Shown: in pieces, positions 31,101-36,968 of the stretch
Numbering within the stretch: position 1 is the stretch's first letter
How the letters are laid out: each line of letters opens with the position of its first letter
The notes under the pieces: generated by a model
Databases searched by the model: none
Seen by the model: only the letters and a program-made list of their open reading frames with translations
Told to the model about the DNA's origin: nothing
Translations under genes and position numbers: made by a program
DNA from: Actinomycetota bacterium
GTDB taxonomy: Bacteria; Actinomycetota; Acidimicrobiia; Acidimicrobiales; AC-35
Length of the DNA: 36,968 bases
Assembly: GCA_005884125.1 (NCBI GenBank)
Contig: VAXP01000141.1
Location: forward strand, 1-36,968
Direction: 5' to 3'

Positions 31101-31515
31101 CGGTCGCGTCCCGGGTGCGGGTGACCCGCACGCCCGCCGAGGCCAGATCGACGGGCACCGGGGGGCGCAGCTTGCGCACGGCCACCGTGACCGAGGAGAC
31201 GCGCCGTTCGCTCAGCACCACCTCGGCGATGCGGGCCGCCAGCCGCTCGAGCAGGTCGCACCGTTCCCCCCCGACGACCTCGACGACCTGGGCGGCCAGG
31301 ACGCCGTAGTCGATGGTCTGGCTCAGGTCGTCGCTGGCGCCTGCCGGTCCCAGGTCGGCCACTACGTCCAGGTCCACCTCAAAGGGCTGGGGCCGGTCCC
31401 GCTCCTCGGCCAGCACGCCGTGGGTGCCGAGGACGCGCAGGCCTCGCAGCTCGATGCGGTCGGGACCGACGGCCCCGTCTCCGCCGGCCGGAGGCGGGGC
31501 CCCGTCCCCCGTCAC
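31093..31515 (-). CDS. folB: Dihydroneopterin aldolase
   Basis: DRIELRGL..GTHGV..E..QPFEVD, TIDY, LLERLA and VRKLRPP. The GTG overlaps the upstream stop. Confidence 0.94.
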   Translation of the reverse strand: MTGDGAPPPAGGDGAVGPDRIELRGLRVLGTHGVLAEERDRPQPFEVDLDVVADLGPAGASDDLSQTIDYGVLAAQVVEVVGGERCDLLERLAARIAEVVLSERRVSSVTVAVRKLRPPVPVDLASAGVRVTRTRDATGG

Positions 31516-32024
31516 GGCTGCGAGTCCACCCCCTCCTCCACCACCACGCCGACGATCTCCCGCCCGGGCGGCCCCATCTGCCGGCCCAGGATGCGCTCCA
31601 GCACGGTGATGGCCTGGGGGCCCGAGGCCAGCTTGCCCGACCACAGGAGATAGCCGGCCATGATCCCCATGAGCCGGTCGCCCAGCTCCTCCTGGTGGAC
31701 GAGGAGCTTCTCGCCCTCGGCCAGCCACTTGCGCAGCTGAGGGTAGAGGTCGGGCAGGACGGTGCGGGGGTCGGTGTGGGAGGCCAGCGGGAAGTGGGCC
31801 CAGGGCACGCCGTACTCGTCGTAGGCGTGCAGGTTGTGGGCCGAGGCCAGCAGGGACACGACCCGGGTGAAGCCCTGCTCCCGCAGCCAGATGATCTCCT
31901 CCATGCGCCTGACCTTGCGGTGGTTGCGGGCGTAGCCCCCGGGGCGCTCGCTCACCGCCAGCTGGTCCTTGAGGACCCAGGCGAAGTTCCGGGGCGGGAT
32001 GCCCGCGGCCCACTTGCCTCTCAT
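31512..32024 (-). CDS. Hypothetical protein with a PTP/dual-specificity phosphatase-like fold lacking the catalytic Cys
   Basis: 170 aa: PRNFAWV..LAVSERPG..WLREQGFTRVVSLL..HFPL..GEKLLVHQEELGDR..AGYL. It has an ATGA overlap with folP and a GTGA overlap with folB. Confidence 0.75.
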   Translation of the reverse strand: MRGKWAAGIPPRNFAWVLKDQLAVSERPGGYARNHRKVRRMEEIIWLREQGFTRVVSLLASAHNLHAYDEYGVPWAHFPLASHTDPRTVLPDLYPQLRKWLAEGEKLLVHQEELGDRLMGIMAGYLLWSGKLASGPQAITVLERILGRQMGPPGREIVGVVVEEGVDSQP

Positions 32025-32806
32025 ACCGGCACCGGCTGGCCCACGATCCTGGCCGCCTGCACCGTGGCGGCCACGTCGTGCACCCGCACCATGGCCGCGC
32101 CCGCGGTCATGGCCCACACCGACGCGGCCAGAGAAGCTTCGCCACGGTCCTCGACCGGAGCCGGGAGGTCGGGGCCGGCGCCCGTCAACCTGCCCAGGAA
32201 GCTCTTGCGGCTGGCGCCCACCACCACGTCGAAGCCGGTGTCGACCAGGGCCCGCAGGTGGCGCAGCAGGGAGAGGTTGTGCTCCGGCGTCTTCCCGAAC
32301 CCGATGCCGGGGTCGATCCACACCTCGCCCACGCCGGCGGAGACGGCGGCGCGGGCACGCTCGAGCAGGAAGTCCCGCACCTCGCCCACCACGTCGACGT
32401 AGCGCGGGTCCTCCTGCATGGTGCGGGGCGCGCCCTGCATGTGCATGGCGATCCACCCCACCCCGCAGGAGGCGGCCACCTCGGCCAGGGAGGCGGACAC
32501 GTCGTTGACGATGGAGGCCCCGGCGTCCACCGCGGCGCGCGCCACCCCGGCCTTGTAGGTGTCGATGGAGACCCGCACGTGGGGGGCGAGGGCCTCGACC
32601 ACGGCCAGCACCCGCCTGCGTTCCTCGGCCTCGTCCACCGGCCCGGCCCCCGGCCGGGTCGACTCGCCGCCCACGTCGAGGACGTCGGCGCCTTCGGCCA
32701 CCAGCTCCAGACCCCGGGCGATGGCCGCCTCCCGGTCGAACCACCTTCCCCCGTCGGAGAAGGAGTCGGGCGTCACGTTGAGGACGCCCATGACCAGGGA
32801 TTGCAT
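32021..32806 (-). CDS. folP: Dihydropteroate synthase
   Basis: MGVLNVTPDSFSDGG, DVGGESTRPG, SIDT, NDVS, DPGIGFGK, SRKSF and RVHDV. Confidence 0.96.
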   Translation of the reverse strand: MQSLVMGVLNVTPDSFSDGGRWFDREAAIARGLELVAEGADVLDVGGESTRPGAGPVDEAEERRRVLAVVEALAPHVRVSIDTYKAGVARAAVDAGASIVNDVSASLAEVAASCGVGWIAMHMQGAPRTMQEDPRYVDVVGEVRDFLLERARAAVSAGVGEVWIDPGIGFGKTPEHNLSLLRHLRALVDTGFDVVVGASRKSFLGRLTGAGPDLPAPVEDRGEASLAASVWAMTAGAAMVRVHDVAATVQAARIVGQPVPV

Positions 32807-32872
32807 CGGGCCTCAGAGTACCGGCCGTCGTCGCCCGGGCCGGGCTGCGCCCCCGGCCCCGGAAGGGCGCCC

Positions 32873-33448
32873 TCAGCGCCGGCGATGGATGAAGGCCATG
32901 GCCTCGGCCCGGGTGCGGGCGTCGTCCCGGAACAGCCCCCGCACGGCCGAGGTGGTCGCCTTGGTCCCCGGCTTCTTGACCCCCCGGATGGTCATGCACA
33001 AGTGCTCGGCCTCTATGACCACGAGCACCCCCCGGGGCTGGAGCACCCTCTCCATGCTGTCGGCGATCTGGGTGGTGAGCCGCTCCTGGACCTGGAGGCG
33101 GCGGGCCAGGGAGTCGACCAGGCGGGCCAGCTTGGACAGGCCGGTGATGCGCCCGTCGGCGCTCGGGATGTAGGCCACGTGGGCCTCGCCCACGAAGGGG
33201 ATGATGTGGTGCTCGCACACGCTGGCGAAGGGGATGGGCGACACCATCACCATCTCGTCGTGACCGGCGTCGAAGGTCACCGTGAGGTGGCGGTCGGGGT
33301 CGTCGTCGACACCGCCCAGGATCTCCTCGTACATGTTGGCCACGCGCTCGGGCGTGCGCTCGAGCCCGTCCCGCCCGGGGTCGTCGCCGATGGCGGACAG
33401 GATGTCGGTCACCGCCGAGGCGATTCGTTCCTTGTCCACTCCCGACAC
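32873..33448 (-). CDS. folE: GTP cyclohydrolase I
   Basis: [32 protein letters not shown] and HLCMTIRG. The start was inferred from a TAGGGT -10 at 33461-33456. Confidence 0.95.
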   Translation of the reverse strand: MSGVDKERIASAVTDILSAIGDDPGRDGLERTPERVANMYEEILGGVDDDPDRHLTVTFDAGHDEMVMVSPIPFASVCEHHIIPFVGEAHVAYIPSADGRITGLSKLARLVDSLARRLQVQERLTTQIADSMERVLQPRGVLVVIEAEHLCMTIRGVKKPGTKATTSAVRGLFRDDARTRAEAMAFIHRRR

Positions 33449-33532
33449 GACGGTCACCCTACCGACGCCCATCTCGGGGATGGCACGGGGGCGCGTCCGA
33501 CGCGAGCGCGCCCACCGCGGGCGCGGTCGGGG

Positions 33533-35497
<1,965 letters not shown>

Positions 35498-35538
35498 GGG
35501 TGCCTAGCGCAGCTCAGCCGTTACCTGCATCTGGCTGC

Positions 35539-36141
35539 CTAGGGTACAGATCCCACCGCTCCCAGGTAGACGTACACGTCCCTGAGGTTGCGGTACCTCT
35601 CGCCCACGTCAAGCCCGTAGCCCACCACGAAGTCGGGCGGGATGCGGAAGCCCACGTAGCGCAGATCGGGGTCGACCCGCTGCAGTCCCTCCTTGACCAG
35701 CAGGGCGCACACCTCGAGGCTGGCCGGATGGCGGGCAAGGAGGTTGCGCCGCAGGTAGGAGAGGGTGAGGCCGCTGTCGACTATGTCCTCCACCACGAGG
35801 ACGTGGCGCCCGCTGAGGTCGAGATCGAGGTCCTTCACGATGCGCACGACCCCGCTCGTCTTGGTCGCGCTGCCGTAGGACGACACAGCCATGAAATCGC
35901 ATTCCACCGGGAGCCTGATGTGGCGGGCCAGGTCGCTCATGAACACGAAGGCGCCCTTGAGCACGCCTATGAGCAAAGGCGCCCGGCCGGAGTAGTCGGA
36001 GGTGATCTGCCTACCGAGCTCGGCGATGCGTCCCTGCAGCTGGGCCTCGGCCACCACCACGGGCCCGAGCAGCGGGTCGCCCGAGACGTCGGCCGCCCGC
36101 CCGGGCTGGGCGCCGGCGCGCCCGGGCGGGGTGGCGCTCAT
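35539..36141 (-). CDS. hpt: Hypoxanthine phosphoribosyltransferase
   Basis: [30 protein letters not shown] and [12 protein letters not shown]. Confidence 0.95.
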   Translation of the reverse strand: MSATPPGRAGAQPGRAADVSGDPLLGPVVVAEAQLQGRIAELGRQITSDYSGRAPLLIGVLKGAFVFMSDLARHIRLPVECDFMAVSSYGSATKTSGVVRIVKDLDLDLSGRHVLVVEDIVDSGLTLSYLRRNLLARHPASLEVCALLVKEGLQRVDPDLRYVGFRIPPDFVVGYGLDVGERYRNLRDVYVYLGAVGSVP

Positions 36142-36152
36142 CGCGCCGCACA

Positions 36153-36968
36153 CTATCGACCGCCGGCACGCTCCAGCAGAAGCCTTCCCCGGCTGCGACG
36201 GACCCGTACGTCCCCGCCCACCTCGCAGGCGCGCACCTCGCCTCGGGCCACGGCGAGGACCCGCTCCACCGCGTCGCGGTCGGGGGGATGGGGCGGGCAG
36301 GCGTCGGCCCGCAGCCAGCGCCGGACGGCCCTGCGGGCCAGCGGGACCGGGGCGGCGGCCAGGGCCCGGGCGTCGGTGGGGTCGACGTCGGCGCAGAGGC
36401 TCTCGAGCAGCTCGGCGTCCTCCCGCATGACCTCGGCCTGGCGGGCCAGCACCAGGGCCACGTCGCGCCGGGCGATGGCCGCCAGAAGGGGCAGGGCCTC
36501 GTGGCGCAGGCGGTTGCGCAGGTGGGCGGGGTCGGCGTTGCTGGGATCGTCGACCGTGTCCAGGCCCAGGTCGCGGCACAGCCCGTGGGTCTCGCTCCGC
36601 CTCAGGGCCAGGATGGGATGGCGGGGCCCGGGCCTCATCCCGGCCAGGCCGTCCAGGGCCGCACCCCGCAGCAGGTTGACCAGCATCGTCTCGGCCTGGT
36701 CGTCGGCCGTGTGCCCGGTCGCGGCGTCGGGGGGCAGGACCGAGGCCCGGGCGGTGCGGGCCCTTGCCTCCAGGTTGGGCCCGGAGGCGACATCGACCCT
36801 CTCGGAGCGGAAGGCGGCGCCGAGACCGAGGCAGGCCTTCTCCACCAGCCCGGCCTCCTGCTCCGAGCCGGGGCGAAGGCCGTGGTCCACGTGCACTGCC
36901 GTGACCAGGCACCCGGCCGCCACGGCCAGGGCCAGGAGGGCCATGGAGTCGGGTCCTCCCGACACGGC
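36153..36968 (-). CDS. tilS: tRNA(Ile)-lysidine synthetase (5' truncated by the window)
   Basis: [27 protein letters not shown] and RNRLRH. Confidence 0.93.
   Translation of the reverse strand, partial: AVSGGPDSMALLALAVAAGCLVTAVHVDHGLRPGSEQEAGLVEKACLGLGAAFRSERVDVASGPNLEARARTARASVLPPDAATGHTADDQAETMLVNLLRGAALDGLAGMRPGPRHPILALRRSETHGLCRDLGLDTVDDPSNADPAHLRNRLRHEALPLLAAIARRDVALVLARQAEVMREDAELLESLCADVDPTDARALAAAPVPLARRAVRRWLRADACPPHPPDRDAVERVLAVARGEVRACEVGGDVRVRRSRGRLLLERAGGR

Overview
A very GC-rich actinobacterial chromosome segment, most consistent with Acidimicrobiia by gene content and order (inference), made almost entirely of core genes. In order along the window: a partial SpoIID/LytB gene; groEL with a perfect CIRCE; an orphan receiver protein; a SAM-I riboswitch controlling a 'threonine synthase' + ThiS/MoaD pair; gpgS, glycerate kinase, otsA and otsB; a lipoprotein; a LytR_C gene and DUF3263; tRNA-Thr(UGU); sigH, rlmB, ispDF, a PIN/TRAM gene and carD; crp; a dienelactone hydrolase; disA, radA, a lipoprotein and clpC; a polyprenyl synthase; and lysS, coaX, nadC, nadB, panD, panC, folK, folB, an unknown ORF, folP, folE, ftsH, hpt and tilS. 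I found no mobile element or CRISPR. The best leads are four. (1) The riboswitch-controlled PLP enzyme plus sulfur carrier probably makes homocysteine rather than threonine. (2) Three sigma28/WhiG-like promoters sit in front of non-flagellar genes (receiver protein, PIN/TRAM, clpC), next to a Bacillus-type sigH with a complex promoter. (3) A phosphatase-fold protein lacking the catalytic Cys is translationally coupled inside the folate operon. (4) Several lesions (otsA, clpC, nadB, two lipoproteins, a possibly missing panB, and a foreign ClpB-like patch in clpC) most likely reflect assembly or sequencing errors. All calls come from reading the sequence; no database searches were run.
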